A stretch of DNA of 64,000 nt from an uncultured Alphaproteobacteria bacterium (lineage in GTDB: Bacteria > Pseudomonadota > Alphaproteobacteria > Rhizobiales > Hyphomicrobiaceae), in assembly GCA_963724595.1 (NCBI GenBank), contig CAVRVR010000009.1:76819-140818 (forward strand), given 5' to 3'. Below are positions 1 through 10,673 of this stretch, in pieces. The notes under the pieces were generated by a model. The model was not told the DNA's origin and ran no database searches. It saw only the letters and a program-made list of their open reading frames with translations. A program made the position numbers and the translations under genes. How positions within the stretch are numbered: the first letter of the stretch is position 1; the number at the start of each line of letters is the position of its first letter.

Positions 1-1
1 C

Positions 2-103
2 GTCACGCGGCGCTCGGTGGAAGAATTGGCGGCGACGATCCTGAAGCTGCTGCACGATCGCGATGCGGGAATGGAAGAGGTGCAGGATGTCAGCGACGGC
101 TAG
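2..103 (+). CDS. ppsR: 3' end of pyruvate/phosphate dikinase regulatory protein (kinase/pyrophosphorylase), partial
   Basis: Frame 2 reads VTRRSVEELAATILKLL...TAG, matching the family C-terminal DVTRRSIEE motif; it sits in the usual position upstream of maf-aroE-coaE-dnaQ. Confidence 0.8.
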   Translation, partial: VTRRSVEELAATILKLLHDRDAGMEEVQDVSDG

Positions 104-708
104 CGCGCGCGAGATCGTGCTGGCCTCGGGCAGCCGCGCGCGGCGCGAGATGCTGGCTGCGGCTGGCTTGCACTTCACGGTGCAGGCGGCGGACGTCGAC
201 GAGCCGGCGATCCGCGCGCCGCCTGCTGAAGGATGACGCAAGCGTCGAGCCCAAACGCATCGCGGCGGTACTGGCGGCGGCGAAGGCCGAGGACGTGAGC
301 GGCAAGATCGGCGGCTCGCTGATCATCGGTGCCGATCAGGTGCTTGCCTTGGGCGCTGAGCTGTTGAACAAGGCCCCAAACATGGAAGCGGCGCGCGCGG
401 CGTTGCGCAAACTGCGCGGGCGCACACACGAGTTGCATTCCGCCGTCGCCTTTGCCGAAAAAGGCAAAGTGACTTGGGCGCACGTTGCCACGGCACGCCT
501 CACGATGCGTGATTTCTCCGACGCGTTCCTCGACGACTATCTATTGCGTGCCGGCGATCGCGTCGGACAGTCGGTGGGCGCCTACGAGCTTGAAGGCCTC
601 GGCGTACAGCTCTTCGATCGCATCGAAGGCGACTATTTCACCATTCTCGGGCTGCCGCTGATGCCGGTGCTCGCCGAGCTGCGCGTGCGGGGAATCATCA
701 CGAAATGA
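87..708 (+). CDS. maf: Maf family nucleotide pyrophosphatase (one +1 frameshift near 218)
   Basis: ATG at 87 gives IVLASGSRARREML...DVDE. The next frame continues AKAEDVS...IIGADQVL...SVGAYELEG...GDYFTILGLPL. Confidence 0.9.
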
Positions 709-1543
709 AACGCGCCTGCGTCATCGGCTGGCCGATCGAGCATTCGCGCTCGCCACTGATCCATGGCTATTGGCTGAAGCAGTACGGCATCGACGGCACA
801 TATACGAAGGAAGCAGTGCGGCCCGAGGAAGTGGCCGGCTTTCTCCGCTCGCTCGCCGCGCAAGGCTTCGTCGGCTGCAACGTGACGGTGCCGCACAAGG
901 AGGCCGCGTACGCGCTGGCCGATGTGCGCGACGCGTCAGCGCGCGCTGTGCAGGCTGCGAATACGCTGTGGGTCGAAGATGGAAAACTGCACGCGGCAAA
1001 CACCGATACCTACGGCTACATGACCTATCTCGATCACAAGGTGCCCGACTGGAAAGCGCACGATGGGCCGGTGTGCGTGCTGGGTGCCGGCGGGGCGGCG
1101 CGTGCGATCATCCACGGCTTCCTCGAGGCGGGAAGCGACGAGGTACGCGTTTTCAACAGGACGCGCGTCGCGCGCCGAGCAGCTCGCCGAGGAGTTCGGG
1201 CCGCGGGTCAAGGTGTTCGACTGGGCCAACCGCAGCGATGGCGCGCGCGAAGCCTGTGTGCTGGTCAACACCACGTCGGCGGGGCTCAAGGGCGCCGGCA
1301 CGCTCGGCATGGATTTCGCCGGCTTCAATGAAGACTGCGTCGTCTCCGACATCGTCTATGTGCCGCTGGAGACGGAGCTCCTGGCGCAGGCGCGTGCGCA
1401 CGGACTGCGCACTGTGGACGGCTTGGGCATGCTGCTCCATCAAGCTGTGCCCGGCTTCGAAAAGTGGTTCGGCGTGCGTCCACAGGTAACCGACAAGTTG
1501 CGCGACCATCCTCATTGCCGACATCGAGGGCCGCACATGCTGA
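705..1543 (+). CDS. aroE: Shikimate dehydrogenase (frameshifts near 1163 and 1507)
   Basis: GWPIEHSRSPLIH, NVTVPHK, NTD, VLGAGGAARA, DIVYVPLET and DGLGMLLHQA motifs are spread across frames; corrected stop TGA at 1541-1543. Confidence 0.92.
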
Positions 1544-2154
1544 TTGTCGGGCTCACGGGCTCGATCGGCATGGGCAAATCCACAGCGGCTGCACACCTGC
1601 AGGCGCGCGGCCTGCCGGTGTTCGACGCCGACGCGGAAGTGCATCGCCTCTACGCCGGTGGAAAAGCGGTGGAGCTTGTCGAGCGCGCGTTCCCCGGCAC
1701 GACGGCAAGCGGCGCGATCGACCGCGCCAAATTGAGCGCGGTGCTGCTGGCGCAGCCGCAACGCTTTACTGAGCTCGAAGCGATCGTGCATCCGCTGGTG
1801 CGCGACGCTGAGCGCTCGTTTCTGCGCGATGCGAAAGAGCACGGTGCGAAAATCGCCGTGCTGGAGATCCCCCTGCTATTCGAGACTGGGGCCGATGAAC
1901 TGGTCGACGTCAGCGTCGTCGTCAGCGCCAATCCTGAGGTGCAGCGCGAGCGGCTGTTGAAGCGGCCGGGGTTGACCAAAGACAAGCTCGACAAACTGCT
2001 CGCCCGGCAGTTGCCGGACGCCGAGAAGCGCCGGCGCGCCGATTTCGTTGTGGACACGAGCGCCGATGTCGAGGCGAGCCGGGCCGCGCTCGACGCCATA
2101 ATTGCCGCGTTGCGAGGGCGCCACGCGGAGGCTTATGCGCGCCACTGGGCTTGA
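1537..2154 (+). CDS. coaE: Dephospho-CoA kinase
   Basis: [17 protein letters not shown]-loop, [23 protein letters not shown]. Confidence 0.95.
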   Translation: MLIVGLTGSIGMGKSTAAAHLQARGLPVFDADAEVHRLYAGGKAVELVERAFPGTTASGAIDRAKLSAVLLAQPQRFTELEAIVHPLVRDAERSFLRDAKEHGAKIAVLEIPLLFETGADELVDVSVVVSANPEVQRERLLKRPGLTKDKLDKLLARQLPDAEKRRRADFVVDTSADVEASRAALDAIIAALRGRHAEAYARHWA

Positions 2155-2186
2155 CCGTTGTTCCCGAATCGCGGCGATTAAAGTGC

Positions 2187-2908
2187 ATGCGCGAAATTAT
2201 TCTCGACACCGAGACGACCGGCCTCAATCCGAACGGCGGCGACCGGCTGATCGAGATCGGCTGCATCGAGCTGGTCAATCGCATCCCCTCGGGACGCGAG
2301 TTCCACCGCTTCATCAACCCGGAGCGTGACGTGCCGGCCGAAGCGGAGGCGGTGCACGGGCTGTCGACCGCATTCCTCAAGGACAAGCCGCGGTTCGCCG
2401 CAAGTTGCCGCCGAGTTTCTCGAGTTCATCGCCGGCGATGCGATCGTCATCCACAATGCGGCGTTCGACGTCGGCTTTCTGAACTTCGAGCTCGGACGGC
2501 TGTCGCTCGGCCCCATCACCATGGACCGCGTGACGTGCACGCTGCAGTTGGCGCGGCGGCGGCATCCGGCGGGCCCCAACAGCCTCGACGCGCTGTGCAA
2601 GCGCTATGGCATCGACAATACCAAGCGCACGAAGCACGGCGCCCTCGTCGAACTCGCTGCTGCTGGCCGAGGTCTACATCGAGCTCTTGGGCGTGCGGCA
2701 GGCGGCGTTTGTCGGTCTCGCAATGGACGCCGCGACACCACTTGGCGCCGAACTCGCGCCGCTGCAGCGCGGCAACGCCGGACAGCGTTCGGCGCCGCTC
2801 CCCTCGCGGCTGTCGCCGGAGATGGAATCCACCCACGCGGCGTTCGTCGAGACGCTGGGCGAGAAGGCGATTTGGCGACGCTTCCTCGTTCCTGTCGGCG
2901 ACGCTTAG
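2187..2908 (+). CDS. dnaQ: DNA polymerase III epsilon subunit (frameshifts near 2400 and 2652)
   Basis: [13 protein letters not shown] (ExoI), HNAAFD (ExoII), HGALVD(S)LLLAEVY (ExoIII after correction). Confidence 0.93.
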
Positions 2909-3423
2909 TTCTTCTTGGCTTCGGCCTCGGTCTTGGAGCGCAGCTCCTGCTGGCGGCGCAGATACAGCGACGCGAAATCGAACGGATCGAGCAGCAGCGG
3001 CGGGAAGCCGCCCTCGCGCGTCAGGTCGGCGGCGATGCGGCGCACGAACGGGAACAGGATCGACGGGCAGTTGACGAGCAGGAACGGCTCGAGCGCCGCT
3101 TCGGGAATGTTCTCGATCTTGAACAGGCCGGCGTAGACGAGCTCCAGCTGATAGATCTCGCCGTGCTTGTTGGTCGCCTGCGCGTTGAAGTCGATGGCGC
3201 TCTCATAGAGCGTCGGCCCGACGCTCTTGGCGCCGACGTTGATCGACAGCTGCAGGTTCGGCTGGTCGCCCGGCTCCTTGAGCAGCTTCTCGATGTTCGG
3301 GTTCTCGAACGACAGATCCTTGATGTACTGCGCGACGACCTTCACTTGCACAGGCGGGGGCGAGGTCTGCGCCACCTCGTCGGACTTGGTCGACTTTCCG
3401 TTGCCGTTGCCAGTGCTGGCCAT
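2905..3423 (-). CDS. secB: Protein-export chaperone SecB
   Basis: [28 protein letters not shown]...[13 protein letters not shown]. Confidence 0.95.
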   Translation of the reverse strand: MASTGNGNGKSTKSDEVAQTSPPPVQVKVVAQYIKDLSFENPNIEKLLKEPGDQPNLQLSINVGAKSVGPTLYESAIDFNAQATNKHGEIYQLELVYAGLFKIENIPEAALEPFLLVNCPSILFPFVRRIAADLTREGGFPPLLLDPFDFASLYLRRQQELRSKTEAEAKKN

Positions 3424-3525
3424 CGAATGTGTTCCGTAGGAAGGGGGTTGCGTGTCGAGGCGGCTAGCTAACACGCGGGCGCGGCTGCGACAATGTCGAA
3501 GCCCTGGATCGCCAACGCTTGCCGC

Positions 3526-4005
3526 TTAGCGCTTCTTGTCGCCCTCGTCGTCAAGGCGCTCGAAGGTCCCCTCGATGACGGTCAGACGCGGCTCGGACGG
3601 CCGGTTTGGGGAGGTTGCGCGCTGATCGACGCGGCGCCGCCCGGCGATCCCCGGCAGCATAGCGCCGAGGATGATGCTGCGCAGCGGCGGCACGAGTAGG
3701 GCAAGGCCAAGGGCGTCGGTGATGAAGCCGGGCACGATCAGCAAACAACCAGCGACGATCACGGCATAGCTGTCGACGATGGATGTGACGGCAAAGCGGC
3801 CCTGACTCATGGAATCGAACATGCGCCCGACCATGGACAACCCTTGTTGTCGAATGACGATCATTCCGACCGCCGCGGACAGCACGAGCAGGGCCAACGT
3901 CGGCCAGAAACCGATCGCCTGGCCGACCTGAATCAGCACCGCTATCTCGAGCAGCGGAAGCCCGAGGAAGACCAGCATGAGGAGGAGGCGCCCGGACGGC
4001 ATCAT
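3526..4005 (-). CDS. fxsA: FxsA family membrane protein
   Basis: LPLLEIAVLIQVGQAIGFWPT, LLIVPGFITDALG; conserved secB-fxsA-timA order. Confidence 0.9.
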   Translation of the reverse strand: MMPSGRLLLMLVFLGLPLLEIAVLIQVGQAIGFWPTLALLVLSAAVGMIVIRQQGLSMVGRMFDSMSQGRFAVTSIVDSYAVIVAGCLLIVPGFITDALGLALLVPPLRSIILGAMLPGIAGRRRVDQRATSPNRPSEPRLTVIEGTFERLDDEGDKKR

Positions 4006-4258
4006 TTGCGCCTATTCATTTTGGGCTAGCAGGTTGTTCAGCATGGCGGAGCATCCTGGGCGCAAATGGGACACGCCCGCGCAATCGGGTTGGCATTGCT
4101 GCTTTTGTGCCTTACCTTGCTAGGAGCGACCATCTTAACCCTTGATGGCGGATCGGATCAGAGGCCCTACCGCTCCCTGGACTTGGGCCCGGCTTACGGC
4201 GCGATCATATATAGCTGTCGTATCCAGTCACGCTGTTGATGCAGGAAGGCAGCCGCCC

Positions 4259-4999
4259 ATGGAGAAGATTGATCTCTTCACCCTAATCTCGCTCATCGTC
4301 GCGGTGGTCGTGATCTTGAAGCTGAGAAGCGTCCTTGGGCGCCGCACGGGTGACGAGGAAGCGCGCGTCGAGCGCTATCGCGCCGAGCGAGCTCAGCAGG
4401 GAGCGCCTGCCTCGTCCGACAACGTCGTCGCCATGCCGCGACGCGAGCGCGATTCCGTCGCCGCCGCACCCGCTGCCGAAGTGACGCAGGCCGATGCCGA
4501 GGAGCGCATCAAGACGTATCCCAGCGTCGAGGCAGGCGCACGCAACGGCCTTATCGACATCGCCAGGCTCGATCCCGCCTTCGATCCCGACACGTTCATC
4601 CGCGGCGCCAAGCAGGCGTACGAAATGATCGTCACGGCGTTCGCCGAGGGCAACCGCAAGCTTTTGAAGGATCTGCTCAGCCGTGACGTGTATGAGGGCT
4701 TCACGCGCGCCATCACCGAGCGCGAATCCCGTGACGAGCAGGTCGACCAGAGCTTCGTCGGCATCGACAAGGCCGACATTCTCGAATCGGAGGTGAAGAG
4801 CGGCATCGCTTCCATCACGGTCCGCTTTGTCAGCCAGCTCATCTCGGCGACGCGCGACAAGGCCGGCGCCATCATCAGCGGCGATTCGCAACGCATCAAG
4901 GAAGTGACGGACATCTGGACGTTCAGCCGCGACATCTCGTCGGTGAAGGCGCGCGCCAACCCGAACTGGCGCCTCATCGCCACGCAGTCGCCGGCTTAA
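4259..4999 (+). CDS. Tim44/TimA family adaptor protein
   Basis: N-terminal TM followed by LRSVLGRRTG; FDPDTFIRGAKQAYEMIVTAF; DIWTFSRD...PNWRLIAT. Confidence 0.9.
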   Translation: MEKIDLFTLISLIVAVVVILKLRSVLGRRTGDEEARVERYRAERAQQGAPASSDNVVAMPRRERDSVAAAPAAEVTQADAEERIKTYPSVEAGARNGLIDIARLDPAFDPDTFIRGAKQAYEMIVTAFAEGNRKLLKDLLSRDVYEGFTRAITERESRDEQVDQSFVGIDKADILESEVKSGIASITVRFVSQLISATRDKAGAIISGDSQRIKEVTDIWTFSRDISSVKARANPNWRLIATQSPA

Positions 5000-5109
5000 G
5001 GCACGTATGCGCTCACACGGGGGACGTAAGGCCGCGCGCACGCGGCCGGTGAGCCGGGTAACGAGGGGACGTCGCACGCGACCATGGCAAGTGCTCGCGC
5101 CCTGCTGCT

Positions 5110-6465
5110 GTGAGATGGACGGCGACGGCCTCGGCCGTGGCCGCCATAACCCTCGTCGCGAGCGGCTCGCTTGCCGCGCCACCAGAAAAACCGTTGCCAC
5201 CCGCTCCCGCGCAGCCTGCCTCCCCACAACCCAGCATGAGCCAAGACGAAAAGCCGAAGACGCCCGAGGCCAAGCCTGCCGTGGCGCCGCCCCAGCAGCC
5301 GGAAGCGAAGCTGCAGCGTGTCACGTTCGCCGATCTGCCCGGCTGGGAGCGCGACGAGCACCTCGACGCATTCAAGACCTTCCTCAAGTCGTGCGACGCC
5401 GTCATCAAGGCGGCGAGCAAGCCCGTCGCCAAGGGCGCCTCGCAATGCAAGGTCTCGATTGACGATCTGGCCGCAGCCTGCCGCGCTGCCCAGGGCTTGA
5501 CGTCGCCCACCAATAAATCGGCCAAGGCGTTCTTCGAGACCCAGTTCGTGCCGCACCGCGTGGCACAGACGAGCCCCAAGGGGCTGCTGACGGGCTACTA
5601 CGAGCCGGTGCTGGAAGGCTCGCGCACGGCGCAGGGCAAGTTCCAGACGCCGGTTTACAAGCGACCGCCCGATCTCGTGAACGTCGTCGCCGAGCAGGAT
5701 CGCGCCTCCAAACCCGAGGGCTACACGCATCTGCGCAAGACGGCCGCCGGCGAGGTACCGTTTCCAACGCGCGCCGAGATCGAGCAGGGGGCGCTGGCCG
5801 GCAAAGGGCTCGAGCTCTTGTACCTCGAGGATCCGGTGGAAGTGTTCTTCATGCACATCCAGGGCTCGGGGCGCATCCATCTCACCGACGGCACGACGGT
5901 GCGCATCAACTACGACGGCAAGAACGGGCATCCGTACAAGTCGATCGGCCGCTATCTGATCGACAACGGGCTGCTCGCCGCCAACAAGGTGTCGATGGCG
6001 GCGCTGGGCAAATGGCTGCGGGCCGACAAGGCGCGCGGCCAGCAGGTGATGTGGCAGAACCAGTCGTTCATCTTCTTCCGCGAGCTCGATAGCGACAGCG
6101 AGGGCCCGATGGGCGCCATGTCGGTGGCGCTGACCCCGGGACGCAGCTTGGCGGTCGACACGGGCTATCACACGCTCGGCACGCCGCTGTATGTCAGCGC
6201 GCCGAAACTTGGTCATGCAACGAAGAACGGCAGCTTTAATCGTTTGATGGTGGCGCAGGACGTAGGCTCGGCGATCAAAGGGCCGGAGCGGGGCGACATC
6301 TACTTCGGCTCTGGCGACAAGGCCGGCAAGCTCGCGGGCGTGACCAAGCACGAGGGGAATTTCTTCGTGCTGCTGCCCACGTCCTCGCAATTGGCTGAAC
6401 AAGGTCTTAGGTTCGGCGAGCGCTTGCCATGGCAGACGACCGTGAAGAGCGAAGGCGGCCTCTGA
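5110..6465 (+). CDS. mltA: Membrane-bound lytic murein transglycosylase A (MltA + 3D domain)
   Basis: Signal peptide, TGYYEP, FFMHIQGSG, SLAVD, QDVGSAIKGPERGDIYFG. Confidence 0.92.
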   Translation: MRWTATASAVAAITLVASGSLAAPPEKPLPPAPAQPASPQPSMSQDEKPKTPEAKPAVAPPQQPEAKLQRVTFADLPGWERDEHLDAFKTFLKSCDAVIKAASKPVAKGASQCKVSIDDLAAACRAAQGLTSPTNKSAKAFFETQFVPHRVAQTSPKGLLTGYYEPVLEGSRTAQGKFQTPVYKRPPDLVNVVAEQDRASKPEGYTHLRKTAAGEVPFPTRAEIEQGALAGKGLELLYLEDPVEVFFMHIQGSGRIHLTDGTTVRINYDGKNGHPYKSIGRYLIDNGLLAANKVSMAALGKWLRADKARGQQVMWQNQSFIFFRELDSDSEGPMGAMSVALTPGRSLAVDTGYHTLGTPLYVSAPKLGHATKNGSFNRLMVAQDVGSAIKGPERGDIYFGSGDKAGKLAGVTKHEGNFFVLLPTSSQLAEQGLRFGERLPWQTTVKSEGGL

Positions 6466-7094
6466 AGCAGCCGCCGGGCAAGCGCACCGCGGCCCTGCTT
6501 TCGCAGGAGGAGCGCGCGCTGTGGGAGCACACGGCGGCAAGCCTCCAACCCATCAAAGGCAAGAAGGGGCGCGTGCATGCTGCGCTCGAAGACGCAGGCG
6601 GCGAGCCGGGGTCGAGTAAGCGGGAGACAGCCAAGACCGCCCTGCAGAAGAAACCGCCCGCCGCTGCGGCCCCGCCGCCCACGGTGAAAGTGACGTTGTC
6701 TCCACCCGCGCCTGCTCCCATCACGCTGGAGCGCCGCAAAGCGCGCAAGCTGAGCTCCGGGCGTATCGAGATCGAAGGCCGTATCGATTTGCACGGCATG
6801 CGCCAGGGCGAAGCGCACGACGCGCTGCGCCGCTTTCTGAAGCGCGCTTATGCCGACGGTAAGCGCTGGGTGCTGGTGATCACCGGCAAAGGGGCGCCAG
6901 CCCGTTCAGCGCTAGACGAGCGGCTGGAGCGCGACGGCATCGAGCGCGGCGTCTTGAGACGCAACGTGCCCCGCTGGCTCAGCGAGCCGCAGCTCGCCGG
7001 CATGGTCATCGAATTTACGACGGCCGCCATCCGCCACGGCGGCGAGGGCGCGCTCTACGTGCACCTGCGCAAGCGCGGTCGCCCCGGCGACTGA
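6429..7094 (+). CDS. Smr/MutS2 domain protein
   Basis: IDLHGM, LVITGKG, HGGEGALYV. Confidence 0.92.
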   Translation: MADDREERRRPLKQPPGKRTAALLSQEERALWEHTAASLQPIKGKKGRVHAALEDAGGEPGSSKRETAKTALQKKPPAAAAPPPTVKVTLSPPAPAPITLERRKARKLSSGRIEIEGRIDLHGMRQGEAHDALRRFLKRAYADGKRWVLVITGKGAPARSALDERLERDGIERGVLRRNVPRWLSEPQLAGMVIEFTTAAIRHGGEGALYVHLRKRGRPGD

Positions 7095-7097
7095 GCC

Positions 7098-7604
7098 TTA
7101 CTGACAGGCGGCCGCAAGTTTCTCCAGGGCCGTCGAGAGTCCGGACAGCGAGTAGGTGTCGGTCGTCGCCGTGCCGCGCGCCGAGGTCGCTTTGACGAAG
7201 GCGTTCGAGCCCTTCTTCAAGGCTTCGACCAGCTTCAGCTCCTCGGTGGGGTCGGAGACGAAGCCGCGCTCGCCCTTGATGAACAGCTTGAAGGTATCGG
7301 TGCCGACGGTGACCGACATCTCGGCGTCGGGCTTCACCGGGTAGCCGACCTTGATGCTCGGCTCGGTCTTCACGCCGTCCTTCGGCCAAGCCGAGATGTA
7401 GAAGAAGATCGGCCCGCGGTTGGCGCCGAGCGGCTCGACCGCTTGCGGCTGGGCAGCGATGAAGCACACCGCCTTGGGCGTCGCCGTATCGGCGTAGAGG
7501 CTCCAGGCACCTTGCTTCTCGACGAGGTCGACGGTCTGCGCGGCGGCGGCGCCGGCGAGTGTGAAAGTCAAAATGGCAACTGCGGCAATACCCGTTGTTT
7601 GCAT
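7098..7604 (-). CDS. Invasion-associated locus B (IalB)-like periplasmic protein
   Basis: Signal peptide; GAWSLY...VCF...NRG...GYP...SARGT.T.D.YSLSG...C pattern typical of the family. Confidence 0.7.
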   Translation of the reverse strand: MQTTGIAAVAILTFTLAGAAAAQTVDLVEKQGAWSLYADTATPKAVCFIAAQPQAVEPLGANRGPIFFYISAWPKDGVKTEPSIKVGYPVKPDAEMSVTVGTDTFKLFIKGERGFVSDPTEELKLVEALKKGSNAFVKATSARGTATTDTYSLSGLSTALEKLAAACQ

Positions 7605-7665
7605 GGGCTCCCCTCCCCAGAAAGAGCGTGGTTGCGGCAAGCATATGCACCCTTCCGGGCAGCTG

Positions 7666-8226
7666 TCATCCATCCCGGCCGATCTTACCCCCGGTTCTCG
7701 CCCGTGCTGCCGGGGCATCTGGCCCGCCCTCGCGCATCGGACGGTCGGCAAAGCGGGCCAGCGTCCGCGTCCGGTCGTACATGACGATGGCGCCGGCCAT
7801 GGCGACGTTGACGCAAAAGCTGGTGGGGATGCGCACAACGTAATCGCAGCGCGCCAATAGCTTTTCCGACAGCGAGCCCTGCTCCGGGCCGAGCACGTAG
7901 GCGGCCCGCAACGGGTGCCGGAAGCTCGGAAGATCGATAGCGTTGTCAATGAGTTCGATGCCGACCAGCTTGCAGCCCTGGGGCAGCGCCATGTCGTCCA
8001 GCGTGGCCCAGTTGTAGTGCGGCAGGTGGAGCTGGCTCTTGGAGGTGTCGGCGTAGGCTTCGAGCGCCCTGTAGGTGGCGCCGACGGTGAAGGTGAAGCT
8101 CGCTCCGAAGCCGTGCGCCGAGCGCATCAGGTTGCCGAGGTTCAAGGATTTCGACATGCGTTCGGCGCCGATGGCGAAGTAGCCTCGGGCAGACGGCGGC
8201 CAGTTGGCAGCGGGCATGTCGGTCAT
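7666..8226 (-). CDS. SpoU/TrmH family RNA methyltransferase
   Basis: NLGNLMRSAHGFGA, YVLGPEQGSL, IPTSFCVNVAMAGAIVMYDR SPOUT motifs. Confidence 0.9.
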   Translation of the reverse strand: MTDMPAANWPPSARGYFAIGAERMSKSLNLGNLMRSAHGFGASFTFTVGATYRALEAYADTSKSQLHLPHYNWATLDDMALPQGCKLVGIELIDNAIDLPSFRHPLRAAYVLGPEQGSLSEKLLARCDYVVRIPTSFCVNVAMAGAIVMYDRTRTLARFADRPMREGGPDAPAARARTGGKIGRDG

Positions 8227-8300
8227 CGGCGTCCTCGGCTCGCGCCGGCTTGCGGAAGGGCAACCGGCATGCAAATTACCCTGCCGGCGGGAGGTTTTAC

Positions 8301-9276
8301 ATGAAAGCTGCGCTTTGCAAGAGCCTCGAGGGCCCGGCGGGCCTCGTCGTCGAGGACATTGCCGTGCCGCAGCCAGGGCCGGGCGAGGCGCTGATCGCGG
8401 TCAAGGCGGCGGCGCTCAATTTCTTCGACACCCTGATCACGCGCGGCAAGTACCAGGCAAAGCCGCGAGCTGCCATTCTCGCCGGCGGGCGAGGTGGCGG
8501 GCGTCGTCGAGGCGCTGGGGCCAGGCGTCAGCGGCGTGAAGATCGGCGACCGGGTCATGGCCAACCTCGGCTGGGGCGGGGCGCGCGAGAAGGTCGTCGC
8601 CAAGGCGGATTCGCTGGTCGCCATTCCTGACGGCGTGAGCGACGCAATCGCCGCCGGTGTTTCGGTGACCTACGGGACGGCGATTCATGGCCTCAAAGAT
8701 CGCGGGCGCCTCAAAGCCGGCGAGACAGTGGCCGTGCTCGGTGCAGCGGGCGGAGCGGGGTTAGCGGCGGTGGAAATCGCCAAGCTGATGGGCGCGCGCG
8801 TCATCGCCGTTGCATCGTCGGCGGAAAAGCTCGCCGTTACCCGCGAGCACGGCGCCGACGAGGCCGTGAACTATGCGAGCGCCGACCTGAAAGAAGGTCT
8901 GCGCGCGTTGACCGGCGGCAATGGCGTCGATGTCGTCTACGACTGCGTCGGCGGCGATTCTTCGGAAGCGGCGTTGCGCGCGATGGCATGGAATGGGCGC
9001 TTTCTCGTCGTCGGATTTGCCTCGGGCGATATTCCGAAAATTCCACTGAACCTGCTGCTGCTGAAGGGCTGCGACGCCATCGGCGTGTTCTGGGGCGAGG
9101 CGGTGAAGCGCGACCCGGCCGGGCATCGCGCCAATATGCGCCAGGTGCTGGAGTGGGTGGCGCAGGGGCAGCTGCATCCGCGCATCCACGCCACCTATCC
9201 GCTGGCCGAGATCCGCGACGCCCTCGCCGTGATCGACCGGCGCGAAGCCGTCGGCAAGATCGTGCTGACACTGTAA
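8301..9276 (+). CDS. NADPH:quinone oxidoreductase (zeta-crystallin/MDR family; frameshift near 8466)
   Basis: MKAALC...AALNFFD...GKYQ, then PFSPAGEVAG...VLGAAGGAG...GKIVL. Confidence 0.88.
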
Positions 9277-9367
9277 TTCGCAAGAATCGGCACCGGCGTT
9301 AGAACATTGTTTGCCATGTTGCGGCGATGCTGCGCGCCAGGGTTCAGATGCGAGCGTCAGAGTGCCG

Positions 9368-10081
9368 ATGCGTTTTCCTCGTCCAGTTCTGCTCATGCTC
9401 TGCGCCGTCGTGGCGCTGACCTCGGGCTTCGAGCCAGCCATGGCAGAAGGCTTCTTCCAGAAGCTGTTCGACTGGGGCTCCTCGCGCCGCTCCGAGCGCA
9501 TCGCACCGCCGACCTTCAATTTCGGTTATGGCGGGCAGCGCTTCGACTACGGCCAGGGCTATGGTCAGGGCTACGGCGATTCCGGCTGGCCGCAGGATTA
9601 CAGCACGTACCGGACGCTGTGCGTGCGCACCTGCGACGGGTTCTATTTCCCCATCGGCGACAACGTCGGGCGCGAGCGGCTCTATCAGGATGCGCGCAGT
9701 TGCGAGGCGCGCTGCGACGGCGAATCCAAGCTGTTCTACTATCCAGTCAACGGCGGCAGCGTCGAGACGATGGTCGATATGGGCGGGCACCCGTACGCGC
9801 AAACGCCGACGGCGTTCCTCTATCGCAAGACGCTGGTGCAGGGCTGCACGTGCAAACCGGTGCCGTGGTCGGCGGAATCGGCGGCACGGCATCAAGGCTA
9901 CAAGGACGAGGCGCGCGCGCTGGCCGAGATGCGCGCCGGTCAGCGCTATGCCGGACAAGCGAACGCCGGCGGCGGCTGGCAGGGCGACGGCGACACCGGC
10001 GGCGAGATCGAGGCCTACCTGCAGCGCGAGAACAATGGCCCACAGCAGACGCCCTGGAATGGCGGCGTGCGCCGGTATTGA
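9368..10081 (+). CDS. DUF2865 family secreted protein
   Basis: Signal peptide; RTLCVRTCDGFYFPI...C..C...Y...P.AF.YRK...CTC. Confidence 0.8.
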   Translation: MRFPRPVLLMLCAVVALTSGFEPAMAEGFFQKLFDWGSSRRSERIAPPTFNFGYGGQRFDYGQGYGQGYGDSGWPQDYSTYRTLCVRTCDGFYFPIGDNVGRERLYQDARSCEARCDGESKLFYYPVNGGSVETMVDMGGHPYAQTPTAFLYRKTLVQGCTCKPVPWSAESAARHQGYKDEARALAEMRAGQRYAGQANAGGGWQGDGDTGGEIEAYLQRENNGPQQTPWNGGVRRY

Positions 10082-10085
10082 GCGC

Positions 10086-10661
10086 CTACCAGTGGCCGTC
10101 GATGTCCTGATAGTCGGCAAACTCGCCGCCGCGTAGGGGGAATGTTTCCTCGACGGCGTAGGGTCCGCCACCGGTCTTCGGCTTGGCTGAGAACAGCACG
10201 AAGCGCGAGACGAAATACGGTCGCGAGCGAAAGGCGCCGATCCGCTGCAGCACACGCGCGATTTCGTCAGGGCTGGCGTATTTAATGCGCGCGATGGTGA
10301 CGTGCGGCTTGAACGGACGTCCGTCGGGCGGCAGGCCGGCGGCTCGCGCGGCACGGTCGTTGGCGCGCGCCAGGGCCTCGAGCGCGGGTGATTCCTCGAC
10401 ACCGGCCCAGATCGAGCGCGGCTCGTTGCCACCGAAAGTGCCGAGGCCTGTAAGACGCAACTCGAAGGCATCGATCTCGATCGCAGCCAGGCGCTCGGCG
10501 AACTCGGCAGCTTGCGGCTTGTCGATATCGCCGACGAAACGCAGCGTCAGGTGCAAGTTGTCGGGCTCGGTCCAGCGGCCACCCGGCAGCGGCACCTTGA
10601 GGCGGGCGATCTCCTCGCGCAACTCAGCGGGTATTTCGAGGCCGGTGAACAGGCGAGGCAT
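10086..10661 (-). CDS. thpR: RNA 2',3'-cyclic phosphodiesterase (2H family)
   Basis: MPRLFTGL and two HxT motifs (HLTLRF, PHVTIAR). Confidence 0.93.
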   Translation of the reverse strand: MPRLFTGLEIPAELREEIARLKVPLPGGRWTEPDNLHLTLRFVGDIDKPQAAEFAERLAAIEIDAFELRLTGLGTFGGNEPRSIWAGVEESPALEALARANDRAARAAGLPPDGRPFKPHVTIARIKYASPDEIARVLQRIGAFRSRPYFVSRFVLFSAKPKTGGGPYAVEETFPLRGGEFADYQDIDGHW

Positions 10662-10673
10662 GACACAGTGCTT

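Noticed and set aside
1063-2154. Apparent AroE-CoaE fusion ORF (363 aa)
   Set aside because: It is created by an extra base near 1507; coaE has its own ATG at 1537 and corrected aroE stops at 1543.
4996-6540. Long antisense ORFs (also 53566-55023, 49658-50896, 62251-63387, 26698-27660)
   Set aside because: Shadow ORFs of high-GC3 genes with no recognisable motifs.
9548-9577. YGQG x2.5 tandem repeat in the DUF2865 gene
   Set aside because: Short low-complexity linker with no sign of phase variation.
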